Shown: piece after piece, positions 1 through 8,807 of the stretch
How positions within the stretch are numbered: the first letter of the stretch is position 1
Layout: every line of letters starts with the position of its first letter
DNA from: Thermodesulfobacteriota bacterium
Lineage (GTDB): Bacteria; Desulfobacterota; Desulfobacteria; Desulfobacterales; SURF-7
DNA length: 22,114 bases
Assembly (NCBI GenBank): GCA_049320885.1
Contig: JBMORA010000021.1
Coordinates: 1-22,114 of the forward strand
Direction of reading: 5' to 3'
Position numbers and translations under genes: made by a program
The notes under the pieces: model-generated
Told to the model about the DNA's origin: nothing
Seen by the model: only the letters and a program-made list of their open reading frames with translations
Database searches by the model: none

Positions 1-2
1 CG

Positions 3-554
3 GGGGAGGACCTGCTGTTTCTGGAAAGCTACAAGAGCAGCCTGCGGCTGGCCAACGGCAAAACCATCGAGTTCCGGCCCATGCTGCCCTCGGATGAATT
101 CTCCTCGCGCAATTTCTTCTATTCCCTGAAAGAGGAAACCATTTACAACCGGTATTTCAGCCGGATCCAAAACTTCACCCATGAACTGATGCAGAAGCAG
201 TGGGCGAGGATCGACTATCGCAACAACATGTCCATCCTGGGACTGGTGCAACGGGGAGGCCACAAGGAAATCATGGCCATCGGTTCCTATGTCCGGATGA
301 ACGACACCATGGCGGAAGTCGCCTTCGTGGTACGGGAGGATTTCCAGGGCATGGGCATCGGCAGTTATCTGCTACAGACCCTCGAGGGCATCGCCCGGCA
401 GAACGGCATATCGGCTTTCTGGGCCACGCTGCTGCGCGAGAATAAAATCATGGAGCGGGTTTTCCGCAAGCGTTACCCCAGGGCGGGAATTGTTTATGAT
501 TGCGGCGAGACTTATATCACCATGGCGTTCGACCAAACGGCAGCGGAGGGATAA
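3..554 (+). CDS. GNAT acetyltransferase domain, 5'-partial; probably the C-terminus of an acetyl-CoA hydrolase/transferase-GNAT fusion
   Basis: The frame is open from the window start (GEDLLFLESYKSSLRLANGKTIEFRP-MLPSDE...). GNAT motif A is AEVAFVVREDFQGMGIGSYLL. It is colinear with the C-terminal domain of 4142..6022 (RP..P.DE, FY.L, IDY, AIG, AEVAF..QG.G.G). Confidence 0.85.
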   Translation, partial: GEDLLFLESYKSSLRLANGKTIEFRPMLPSDEFSSRNFFYSLKEETIYNRYFSRIQNFTHELMQKQWARIDYRNNMSILGLVQRGGHKEIMAIGSYVRMNDTMAEVAFVVREDFQGMGIGSYLLQTLEGIARQNGISAFWATLLRENKIMERVFRKRYPRAGIVYDCGETYITMAFDQTAAEG

Positions 555-581
555 AACCGATTTCCTGCACGAAGTTGCAGA

Positions 582-616
582 AAACCGGAGAGGACCGGGG
601 CGGTCCTCTCCGGTTT
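582..616. terminator. Intrinsic terminator, likely bidirectional
   Basis: Perfect 16-bp inverted repeat AAACCGGAGAGGACCG-ggg-CGGTCCTCTCCGGTTT between two convergent genes, with A/T runs at both ends. Confidence 0.85.
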
Positions 617-636
617 ATCATAGCGACGCTTGGGGT

Positions 637-2004
637 TTAAAAATTATAGGTCACCTTGGCGGCGAACAGGTACCAGCCCTCACCGGGATTCGGATCGTCC
701 TTCCAATCGACCTCGTCCAGACCTCTCATGGCATGCCCCTCGAGTTTGAACAGCCAGTAGTCGTTGATATCGAAACGGGCCGTCACGCAGCCATCCCTCA
801 GCCAGCGCGCGGAGGCGGGTTCACCCCGGGCCACATGTTCTTCGCCGCCCCGGTCGTCGATATTCGTGCAGTAGTCGGAGTAATAGCCGCCCAGCTCGAA
901 CCAGTAATTGAACCGATAAGAAGCGCCGGCCGTCCAGCCTTCGATGTCGGTCGTTTCCGCATCCCGGGGATCCACCTTGATGCGGTTGTACTCCCCGAAA
1001 AGCATCAGGTTCTCGATGGTATATTCCAGCGAGTAGACCCATGACGACACCTCATCCAGCTTGATGGTGACCGGCATGGTCTCGGCGGCCGGATCGGCTC
1101 CACCGCCCACCGCGGGCCGATCCACGGTAAGGTTCATGTCGATCTCCACTTCGGAACCGAAATAGGTTGTGGATAGGCGCAGGCCGTCCGCAAAAGGCGG
1201 GCTCCAGCGCAGGGCGAAATTCTTCGTGTTCTTGGTACGCAAATCTTCAATACCGGTCTGGATATCCGTATTGCCGACATAGGCATCGGCGGCGGCGTCC
1301 GCCGTGGCGCCGAAATTGGCCTCGGCCATTGCTTGGGCCGTGGCCGGATCGAGACCCGCGGCGATATAGGCCGCCGTGGCCTGGGCGATGACCCCGCTTC
1401 TGACCTGGGCATGGATGGCGTCCTGGACCTCATAGACGGCGAAATCCGACAGATCCTGAGCAATCTTACCCTTTTCATCCGGAGGCACCACGCCGTAACT
1501 CGCATGGTAGGAAAAACCCAAAGGCAGTTCGCCGTAAAGATTCCCGCCCTTCATGCCGGCAAATGTGTCCCGGGTGGAGGGGTCGTAGATCGCCCGCGGC
1601 AAAAACACATAGGTCCTCACCGCGTCGATATCCCTGGTTTCGTTGTACAGGCCGTGGGCGATCTTGAATTTGCCGGCCCGGATACCGAGCATGTTGTGCC
1701 AGCGGTAGTCTCCATAGGCCCAGTCGACACCGATTTCGTCATTACCGAATTCGCCGAAATCCATGGCGAACAACTGCGCCCCCACCCGCAGATCGTCGGT
1801 CAGCTGCGACGTGAAATTCAGGCCCATTTCGTTCATTTCGAAAGATCCCTCTTCGGTCCTCACCCCCAGGTAATCATATTTGTCCGACTGTAAATAGCCC
1901 TGGGAGATGAACCCGTGGATGGCCACATCGCCCAAGTCATAGGCGCCAGCGACTCCCGCCCAGGCAACCCAGCAAGTCACTATCATCACAATATATTTTT
2001 TCAT
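637..2004 (-). CDS. Outer-membrane beta-barrel porin-like protein
   Basis: Signal peptide (MKKYIV...AGA), N-terminal HGFISQGY, amphipathic beta strands (GIRAGKFK, WTAGASYRF, ARFDINDYWLFKLE), C-terminal beta-signal KVTYNF, and an AAGGAGG RBS. Confidence 0.8.
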   Translation of the reverse strand: MKKYIVMIVTCWVAWAGVAGAYDLGDVAIHGFISQGYLQSDKYDYLGVRTEEGSFEMNEMGLNFTSQLTDDLRVGAQLFAMDFGEFGNDEIGVDWAYGDYRWHNMLGIRAGKFKIAHGLYNETRDIDAVRTYVFLPRAIYDPSTRDTFAGMKGGNLYGELPLGFSYHASYGVVPPDEKGKIAQDLSDFAVYEVQDAIHAQVRSGVIAQATAAYIAAGLDPATAQAMAEANFGATADAAADAYVGNTDIQTGIEDLRTKNTKNFALRWSPPFADGLRLSTTYFGSEVEIDMNLTVDRPAVGGGADPAAETMPVTIKLDEVSSWVYSLEYTIENLMLFGEYNRIKVDPRDAETTDIEGWTAGASYRFNYWFELGGYYSDYCTNIDDRGGEEHVARGEPASARWLRDGCVTARFDINDYWLFKLEGHAMRGLDEVDWKDDPNPGEGWYLFAAKVTYNF

Positions 2005-2017
2005 GGATATCCCCTCC

Positions 2018-2440
2018 TTAGTTCACGGAAATGACTTTGGTGTTCGCCGGCGCCGTTGTGCCGCTGACATAGCCGATGGCCCCCGGTGTCTCGGAGACAT
2101 ACTGCGCGAGTTCTTTTTCCGTATCGAATGTCTTCGGCAGGCTGCCCTTGCCGGAAAACAGCATCTGTTTCCAGTAAGCGGAATATTGGGAATCCGTCCG
2201 TTTGATGTAGTTCTTTAAAAACTCTTTGTGGACATCCCCCTTCAGTACCACAAAACTAACCTTGCTGTCGTCCCCCCATTTGGCGGTCTTGCCCAGAAAA
2301 ACATCTTGAATTTCCGTCGTACTCATGGAATTCACCGGCACCGATGGATTGGAAATTACGATCACATCGGCCAACGCGGCCATGCTTCCCGTGTGTGCGG
2401 TGAACACCAGGACCAACAACATCCACCATATCTTTTTCAT
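2018..2440 (-). CDS. Small single-lobe periplasmic-binding-protein-like protein (family usually annotated 'phosphate ABC transporter substrate-binding protein')
   Basis: Signal peptide and family motifs DVIVISNPS, IQDVFLGK..KW, YW.QMLFSGKG..P, VSETPGAIGYV. GAGGAGG RBS; 13 nt from the porin start. Confidence 0.8.
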   Translation of the reverse strand: MKKIWWMLLVLVFTAHTGSMAALADVIVISNPSVPVNSMSTTEIQDVFLGKTAKWGDDSKVSFVVLKGDVHKEFLKNYIKRTDSQYSAYWKQMLFSGKGSLPKTFDTEKELAQYVSETPGAIGYVSGTTAPANTKVISVN

Positions 2441-2778
2441 TTTCCGTCCCTCCTCACGATTATAGAATAAACCGGAAAAAACAGCAGGTACATCGAAGGC
2501 TTTTTCCGGATGGCCCCAGGGTCACGATAATGACTCCGCCCGTCTGATTTTCAAAATGGTATTTGTCGGATTTCGGGTTAAGAAAACTGGAGAAAAAAGG
2601 AATACTCCGAATGATTGTCTGAAACGCAAAAAACCACTGTCCAATCCAATCTGCATGTGCTTCCGCTTCCGTAAAAAGCCGCTGGATGCGTGACAGTCGC
2701 TACACGTTCGCTACTGAAAAAAGAAAGAATATCCTAAGGATGAAGTAGGATGTTTTTAGCACAAATCGGCAGGCAAGT

Positions 2779-2812
2779 AAACAAAAAACATTCCCGCTGG
2801 GGGGTCCGGGAA
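2779..2812 (-). terminator. Possible weak intrinsic terminator
   Basis: TTCCCG/CGGGAA stem (2791-2812) followed on the minus strand by TGTTTTTTGTTT, just downstream of the stop at 2831. Confidence 0.35.
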
Positions 2813-2830
2813 GAACTCCCCCGCTCACTG

Positions 2831-3970
2831 TTATCCATCGGCCAGGCAACGGATGATCCCGGCGACCTGATCGACGGAAACACTCCCGCACAAATCGGCG
2901 CTGAGATCCTTGATCCGCCGGACGATTTCGGAAAGCAGTTCCGGGTCATAATCCAACTGGTGGGCCGCAAGGAATTTCTCCACCAGCGCTTTCCCGCACA
3001 GAACGTTCAGGCAGTAATCGGCCCCCATGGTCTGGACGCCGTACTGCCGGCCGCCGTGGGTTCCGGCCACATGGGTTCTCACGTCCCGGCCGAAAAACGG
3101 CGTGCGGTCATCCATCAGACGGACGCCGGTTTTTTTGAAACAAATCTCATCGACATAGGCGTAGTATTGCCGGAACAAGTCGGTTTCGGCGGTCTTCAGA
3201 TTCAGATGGTATCCCTGTTCCGCCAGGCACCTGCCTGTCAGGAAAAGATCGCCGATACCATTGCGCTCGCCGATGCCCAGGGCCGTCACCTCCATCACCC
3301 GGGCACCGGCCGAAACACCGGTCACCGTGTTGGCCGTCGCCATCCCCATGTCGTTGTGGCAATGCACGCCGATGCGGGTGGCGCTTTGTTCCGTCATGGC
3401 GACGAACTTCCGCACCGTTTCATATAATCGGCCGGGCCACAGGAGACCGGACGTATCCGGCAGGGTCAGCAGGTCAATCCGGAGCTCATGGATCAGCAGT
3501 TCGGCGCAAGCCGTCAGAAACCCCATGTCCGCCCTGCCAATATCCAGCACGCTGACCCCGGTCCGGGAATCAGGCAGCTCCGTCCGGACATGGCCCACGG
3601 CCTGTCTCAATGCCGTGAAAACCGCTTCCGTCGCGACCCGATCCTTTGCAGCCGAAGGCGCCAGGGCCACGTGAAGATGGATATCCTGCACGCCGGCCGC
3701 CGTCATTCGCTCGACATCCGGCGGCAGCGCCCTGCCCAGGGCCGCCAGGCGGATGCCATATCCCCTTTTTTCAGCCGTTTCGCGCAGCCGGCTGATTGCC
3801 CGGAACTCGCTCACATGGGCCGAGGGATAGCCGGCCTGGGAGATATCCACCCCCAGGGCTTCCTGAAATTCCAGAATCCGGAGGCGCTCTTCCAGGGAAA
3901 ATACCAATCCCCGATACTGCATGCCCTCCCGAAGGGTCTGGTCGATAACGGTGATGGTTCCTGCGTTCAT
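2831..3970 (-). CDS. DRE-TIM metallolyase, LeuA/homocitrate-synthase-like, lacking the C-terminal regulatory domain
   Basis: Motifs DQTLREGMQ, LPDTSG, HCHNDMGMATAN and GIGERNG. Start moved to ATG 3970 (MNAGTITVID), which has a GGAGG RBS. Confidence 0.85.
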   Translation of the reverse strand: MNAGTITVIDQTLREGMQYRGLVFSLEERLRILEFQEALGVDISQAGYPSAHVSEFRAISRLRETAEKRGYGIRLAALGRALPPDVERMTAAGVQDIHLHVALAPSAAKDRVATEAVFTALRQAVGHVRTELPDSRTGVSVLDIGRADMGFLTACAELLIHELRIDLLTLPDTSGLLWPGRLYETVRKFVAMTEQSATRIGVHCHNDMGMATANTVTGVSAGARVMEVTALGIGERNGIGDLFLTGRCLAEQGYHLNLKTAETDLFRQYYAYVDEICFKKTGVRLMDDRTPFFGRDVRTHVAGTHGGRQYGVQTMGADYCLNVLCGKALVEKFLAAHQLDYDPELLSEIVRRIKDLSADLCGSVSVDQVAGIIRCLADG

Positions 3971-4044
3971 GGAAATTCCTCCCCCGCCCAGCCGGTCTTC
4001 TTCATAAGCCATTCGTGTCAAACCTTGCCAAGGAATATCAAACA

Positions 4045-4061
4045 TGCTATTTTTTTGCCAA
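4045..4061 (-). promoter_or_regulatory. Putative sigma-54 (-24/-12) promoter
   Basis: The minus strand reads TTGGCAAAAAAATAGCA, with exact GG-N10-GC spacing, about 75 nt upstream of ATG 3970. Confidence 0.45.
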
Positions 4062-4141
4062 TCTTAATGTTGATCGATAGTGTATCGGCAGACGACCGCC
4101 GACTTTTCCCAAGGATCCCTTCCCCGCATATGGAGACGCTT

Positions 4142-6022
4142 ATGAAGCCGGTTCACTCCTGGGCAGACAGATATATTGAAAAAAGCAAAACCGTGCAAGA
4201 GGCCATCGGACACATCAAGCCTGGACAACGGGTCTTTATTGGATCATCATGCGGCGAACCGCAACATCTCGTCCAGGAGCTTTCCGAGGCCGCCGTCAAT
4301 CTGACGGATATCGAAATCATCCGCTTGCTGGCCCTGGAAACCATCCCCTTGACGTTGATCGCCAATAAAAGCAAAAGCCAGAGCCTGAACATCCGGTCTT
4401 TCTACAGCGGTTCGGCCCACGCCAAGGGTCTTTCCCGGAACATGCGCTTCATCACCCCCATCAATCTTTCCGCCATTCCGCGACTTTTCAAAACCCGGAG
4501 GCTGCCGATCCATGTGGCCCTGATCCAGGTCTCCCCGCCGGATGATTTCGGCTGGATGAGCCTAGGGGTCTCCGTGGATGTGACCATGGCCGCGGCTCAA
4601 TCCGCGGACCTGGTGATCGCCCAGGTGAATCCGAAAATGCCCCGAATCCTGGGCCGCAGCTTCATCCACGTCAACGATGTGCACATCTTCGTGGAACATG
4701 AGGAGGACATATTGACCATCGGTGATTATCCGGACATCAAATCCGCCGATATGGTGGCCCGGCAGATCGCCCGCCTGATCGATGACGGCTCCACCATTCA
4801 GATCAGCCTGGGCGCCACTCCCCATGCAACGCTGCTGGCCCTTTCAGGGAAAAACGACCTCGGCGTCCACAGCCAGTTCCTCACCGACGGCATGATGCGG
4901 CTTTTTTCCGAAGGCGTCATCACCAACCGTAAAAAGGGAATCAACGAGGGAAAACTGGTGGCCAGCAGCGCCATCGGCAGCAAGGATCTGTATCAATTCC
5001 TGCATGACAATCCGGCCGTGGAGTTCATGCCTTCCGATTATGTCAACAATCCAAACATCATTTCCAGCCACCATAAAATGGTTTCCATGAATGTCGCCCT
5101 CGCCATGGATTTGACCGGCCAAGCCGCGGCGGACGCATTGCCGTACAACCATTTTTCAGGAGTGACCGGCATGCTCGACTTCGTCCGCGGCTCTTCCCGG
5201 TCCGAGGGCGGGAAATCCATCCTTCTGATGACCTCCACGGATCAGCAGGAGGGCAAAAGCCGGATCGTGCCCCAGCTCCACGACATGGCCGTTGTGATAC
5301 CCCGCAGCGACGTCCAGTATGTCGTGACCGAATACGGCGCGGTCAACCTGTTCGGGAAAAGCATCCAGGAAAGGGCCATGGCCATGATCAGCATCGCCCA
5401 TCCCAAATTCAGGGATGAATTGTTCTCCAAGGCCAAGGAAATGGGCCTGCTGGGACCGGAGAGAACCCTGACCGACTCGATCCATGGCGTTTACCCGGTG
5501 CATCTGGAGGAAACGCTCGAAATCAACGGGGAGCAAATCATCATCCGTCCGGTGAAACCCGTGGATGAACGCCGCATTCAGGAACATTTCTACAATTTGG
5601 ACCAAAACGACGTAGTGGCCAGGTTTTTCCACGACAAGCGCAGCTTTGTGCACGATGAAATCCAGGGAATTTCCCTTATCGATTACATCAACGACCTGAC
5701 CCTCGTGGCGGTTGTCGGGGAAATCGGTTTCGGCCAGGTGGTGGCCATTGGTGAATGTCTGATCGAGCATTCCAGCAATACCGCCGAGGTGGCTTTTTCC
5801 ATCAGCAAGTCCTATCAGGGAAAAGGACTGGGAAAAATCCTGTTGAAAAAACTGGCGGATTCCGCCCGGGAACACGGCATCGCAGGCCTCTTCGCCTATA
5901 CGTCACCCCAAAACAAAGCCATGATCAATGTGTTCAAGACACTTCCCTATCCGGTGAAAACCGTGCTGGACGACGACAAACTGTTGCTCAGCTGCCGATT
6001 CGACGGTCAACCGGCGGTCTGA
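4142..6022 (+). CDS. Acetyl-CoA hydrolase/CoA-transferase-like domain fused to a C-terminal GNAT domain
   Basis: IKPGQRVFIGSSCGEP, VALIQVSPPD..G.MSLGVSVD, VIAQVNP.MPR, DLTGQ, EGGKSI, VVTEYG.VNL.GKS..ERA..MISIAHP.FR, then a GNAT domain. Start at ATG 4142 after GGAG; the ORF-track extension to 3488 overlaps the antisense gene. Confidence 0.9.
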   Translation: MKPVHSWADRYIEKSKTVQEAIGHIKPGQRVFIGSSCGEPQHLVQELSEAAVNLTDIEIIRLLALETIPLTLIANKSKSQSLNIRSFYSGSAHAKGLSRNMRFITPINLSAIPRLFKTRRLPIHVALIQVSPPDDFGWMSLGVSVDVTMAAAQSADLVIAQVNPKMPRILGRSFIHVNDVHIFVEHEEDILTIGDYPDIKSADMVARQIARLIDDGSTIQISLGATPHATLLALSGKNDLGVHSQFLTDGMMRLFSEGVITNRKKGINEGKLVASSAIGSKDLYQFLHDNPAVEFMPSDYVNNPNIISSHHKMVSMNVALAMDLTGQAAADALPYNHFSGVTGMLDFVRGSSRSEGGKSILLMTSTDQQEGKSRIVPQLHDMAVVIPRSDVQYVVTEYGAVNLFGKSIQERAMAMISIAHPKFRDELFSKAKEMGLLGPERTLTDSIHGVYPVHLEETLEINGEQIIIRPVKPVDERRIQEHFYNLDQNDVVARFFHDKRSFVHDEIQGISLIDYINDLTLVAVVGEIGFGQVVAIGECLIEHSSNTAEVAFSISKSYQGKGLGKILLKKLADSAREHGIAGLFAYTSPQNKAMINVFKTLPYPVKTVLDDDKLLLSCRFDGQPAV

Positions 6023-6042
6023 ACCGGAACCTACTTTACCCT

Positions 6043-6071
6043 TTGACACAAAACGATATTTCACATATAGC
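6043..6071 (+). promoter_or_regulatory. Putative sigma-70 promoter
   Basis: TTGACA (6043-6048), 17-nt spacer, TATAGC (6066-6071), upstream of the OMP-MCP operon. Confidence 0.5.
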
Positions 6072-6231
6072 AGGATGCAGTGCGGTTACAACAATACCAT
6101 CAAACAACACCCTTTCCACGGCTGAATCGGCCACCCCGGTTTTGCTTGGGCAAAGAGGCATCGGAAGGTTGAATCAACCCGGTTTCATGGGAAGCTGTCT
6201 GCCGGGAAGGGAGCGCCGAAGGAGGCGGATG

Positions 6232-7086
6232 ATGAAATACCGGTTTTTCTGCATCGCTGTGTCGTTATGCATATGGATGGGGACGGCCTGGGGTTCTCCC
6301 GTCGGCAATATCGCCGATCCGGCCTGTTTAAGCAGCGGGGTTTTCACCCACGAACGCCCGAACGGGATTTTCGCCGGGATGGAGGCGGATTTTTCCACCG
6401 ACCGGGATTACCAGCTCCAGACCGGCGATATCACCCTGAATACCTACGGCACGAGAATCGGCGCCATCCTCGGAAACAATATCATGATATACGGTTTTGC
6501 CGGAGTCAGTGAGTATGAGGACAACAAATACATCATCTCGTATTATCTGCCGGATTCGCCGGACCGCAGCGAGGCGGTCAACAGCCTGAAAATCGCAACG
6601 GATCCGGATTTTGTTTACGGGGCCGGCATCACTGCCGTCATGTATGAGCACAAGGTCAACGAGGGTGTTTTCCTGCGGATCGGCCTGGATGTCAATTACC
6701 GCCGACTGGAACTGGAGGATACGGAAGCGGTGATGTACCATACGGTGTACAATCACCCGGATCCGACCAACCGCGGCAGGCAGATCACACCCAATGTGAA
6801 TTACACCCTGCGCCTGGACGATTACCAGGGCGCCCTGTCCCTGTCCTATCAGGTCGACAATTTCGTGCCCTATTTCGGCTTTCTGGTCATGGAGAGCCGG
6901 GGAAATGAGACGATCGAGGTTCCCAACGACGACTACTATTATTACAATGGAGACATACTCCTGGAGCAGAATAAAGGCTATTTCGTCGGAATCAGTTACA
7001 ATTATTCCAACAAACTCAGCCTGAACGTGGAAGCGCGGAACCGAAGCGAATCGGCAATCACCTGCCGAGTCCTGGTGAGATTTTAG
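6232..7086 (+). CDS. Outer-membrane beta-barrel protein resembling chlamydial MOMP/PorB
   Basis: AAGGAGG RBS, signal peptide ending AWG, mature N-terminus SPVGNIADP, internal [19 protein letters not shown], and C-terminal [19 protein letters not shown] ending in Phe. An alternative ATG lies at 6229. Confidence 0.75.
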   Translation: [284 protein letters not shown]

Positions 7087-7112
7087 GCTGGCGTGAATCA
7101 GCGGAGGTTGTC

Positions 7113-8792
7113 ATGTGGCAGTCACTCAACATTGCAAAAAAAATATGGCTCAGCATCTGTATTCTGATTCTGGGGTACCTGTTTTCCATGGGTTTTGGTT
7201 TTTTCAAGGGGAAACAGACGGAAACCCGACTGCTAGCCGTATCCGACTACCTGTTTCCCTCCGCAAAGGAAAGCCAGGCGGCCCTGACCGCCTATAACGA
7301 ACAGATCAAACTCTATAAGGACGCGGTTCTGCTGGGAGACACCGAGCTGGTCAAAGAAGGTGAAAAAAAATCCCTGGAGGCTGTTCGTAATCTGAACAAT
7401 ATCATCAACCAACCCGAAATCCCCGCGGCAACCAAGGAAAGAGTGGCGCTCATTCATCAGGAGCTTGTCGAATTCACGAAAAAAGCTTCCCAGATATACA
7501 CCGTAATGAGTTCGCCAGAACTGGAGGAAGACGGCAAGGAGGGCACCATCTCCAACCAGGCCTCCAAACTCGCGGATGAAATCGACCGGTTGAAAGACCT
7601 GCTGGCGGTTCTCACCCAGGATTTCTCGGACAACCTCCGCTATGAATTGTCGGCGGTGAGGAGCGACACCAAGGGCCTTCGCTACTTGAACCTGACCATT
7701 TTTTTCATTGTGGTGATCGTCGCCATGATTCTGATGTCCATCCTGATCAAACATTCCATCACCCTGCCCCTGCGAAACACCGGCGGAATGCTGCGGGATA
7801 TCGCCCAGGGCGAAGGCGATTTGACCAGGCGCCTGGCCGTGCTCAGCAACGATGAGGTCGGCGACCTCTCCCAGTGGTTCAATACCTTCATCGACAATCT
7901 TCAGGGGATGATCCAAAAAATCGCCGGCAATGCGGACACCCTGAGTGTCTCGGCCAAGGAGCTCACCGCGCTTTCCGGCCTGATGACGGACGCGGCCAAT
8001 CAGATGTCGGCCCGGGCCGACACGGTCGCCTCGGCGGCCGAACAGATGAACAACAACATGGATTCAGTGGCGGCGGCCATGGAGGAGGCGTCCACCAATA
8101 CGGAAATGGTGGCAACCGCCGCGGAAGAGATGACCGCCACCATCAGTGAAATCGCCCAGAATTCCGAAAAAGCGGCGGCCATCTCCAACGAAGCCGTGAC
8201 CCAGGCCAAAAATGCCTCCGAACGGGTGGCGGCGTTGGGTATCGCGGCCCAGGAAGTCGGCAAGGTCACCGAAGCCATCACCGAAATTTCCGAGCAGACC
8301 AATCTTCTGGCCCTGAACGCCACCATCGAGGCGGCCCGGGCGGGAGAAGCCGGGAAAGGGTTTGCCGTCGTGGCGAATGAAATCAAGGAGCTGGCCCGCC
8401 AGACCGCCTCGGCGACTCACGATATCAAACAAAAAATCGACGGCATCCAGGGGACAACGGCCGGCACGGTGTCCGATATTGAGCAAATCTCCAAGATCAT
8501 CAACGATGTCAATGAAATCGTCTCCACCATCGCCACCGCCGTGGAAGAACAATCAGTGACGACCAAGGAAATCGCCAGCAACGTGGTCCAGGTTTCCAGC
8601 GGTATCAGCGACGTCAATAAAAACGTGGCCCAGAGTTCCACCGTCGCCGCCCAGATCGCCAGCGATATTTCCGAAGTCAATCACGCGGCCAGTGAAATGT
8701 CCAACAGCAGTTCCCAGTTGAATCTGAACGCCGAAAAACTGGCCCAACTGGCGGAACAGCTGAGCCAGCTGGTGGGCAAATTCAAGGTCTAG
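7113..8792 (+). CDS. Methyl-accepting chemotaxis protein
   Basis: TM1, helical periplasmic sensor, TM2, HAMP (GEGDLTRRL...DEVGDL..WFN), and signalling hairpin [45 protein letters not shown]. Confidence 0.97.
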   Translation: MWQSLNIAKKIWLSICILILGYLFSMGFGFFKGKQTETRLLAVSDYLFPSAKESQAALTAYNEQIKLYKDAVLLGDTELVKEGEKKSLEAVRNLNNIINQPEIPAATKERVALIHQELVEFTKKASQIYTVMSSPELEEDGKEGTISNQASKLADEIDRLKDLLAVLTQDFSDNLRYELSAVRSDTKGLRYLNLTIFFIVVIVAMILMSILIKHSITLPLRNTGGMLRDIAQGEGDLTRRLAVLSNDEVGDLSQWFNTFIDNLQGMIQKIAGNADTLSVSAKELTALSGLMTDAANQMSARADTVASAAEQMNNNMDSVAAAMEEASTNTEMVATAAEEMTATISEIAQNSEKAAAISNEAVTQAKNASERVAALGIAAQEVGKVTEAITEISEQTNLLALNATIEAARAGEAGKGFAVVANEIKELARQTASATHDIKQKIDGIQGTTAGTVSDIEQISKIINDVNEIVSTIATAVEEQSVTTKEIASNVVQVSSGISDVNKNVAQSSTVAAQIASDISEVNHAASEMSNSSSQLNLNAEKLAQLAEQLSQLVGKFKV

Positions 8793-8807
8793 CCGGAAGA
8801 TGCGGCC

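Noticed and set aside
2018..2440. Assignment as pstS
   Set aside because: It is half the length of PstS and no pstCAB genes are present.
2441..2830. Long intergenic region checked for a riboswitch, sRNA or small CDS (2700..2891, 2734..2970)
   Set aside because: No recognisable c-di-GMP or other aptamer core by eye, only a loose CCGGAAAAA/TTTTTCCGG repeat. An Rfam scan would be needed.
2831..3970. Assignment as leuA or nifV
   Set aside because: Motifs are divergent, there is no regulatory domain, and there is no pathway context.
3488..4141. N-terminal extension of the 844-aa ORF
   Set aside because: It overlaps the antisense DRE-TIM gene. Family similarity and an RBS begin at ATG 4142.
5755..6228. 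N-terminal extension of the 443-aa ORF
   Set aside because: It overlaps the GNAT gene and the promoter region. The signal peptide and SD mark the start at 6229/6232.
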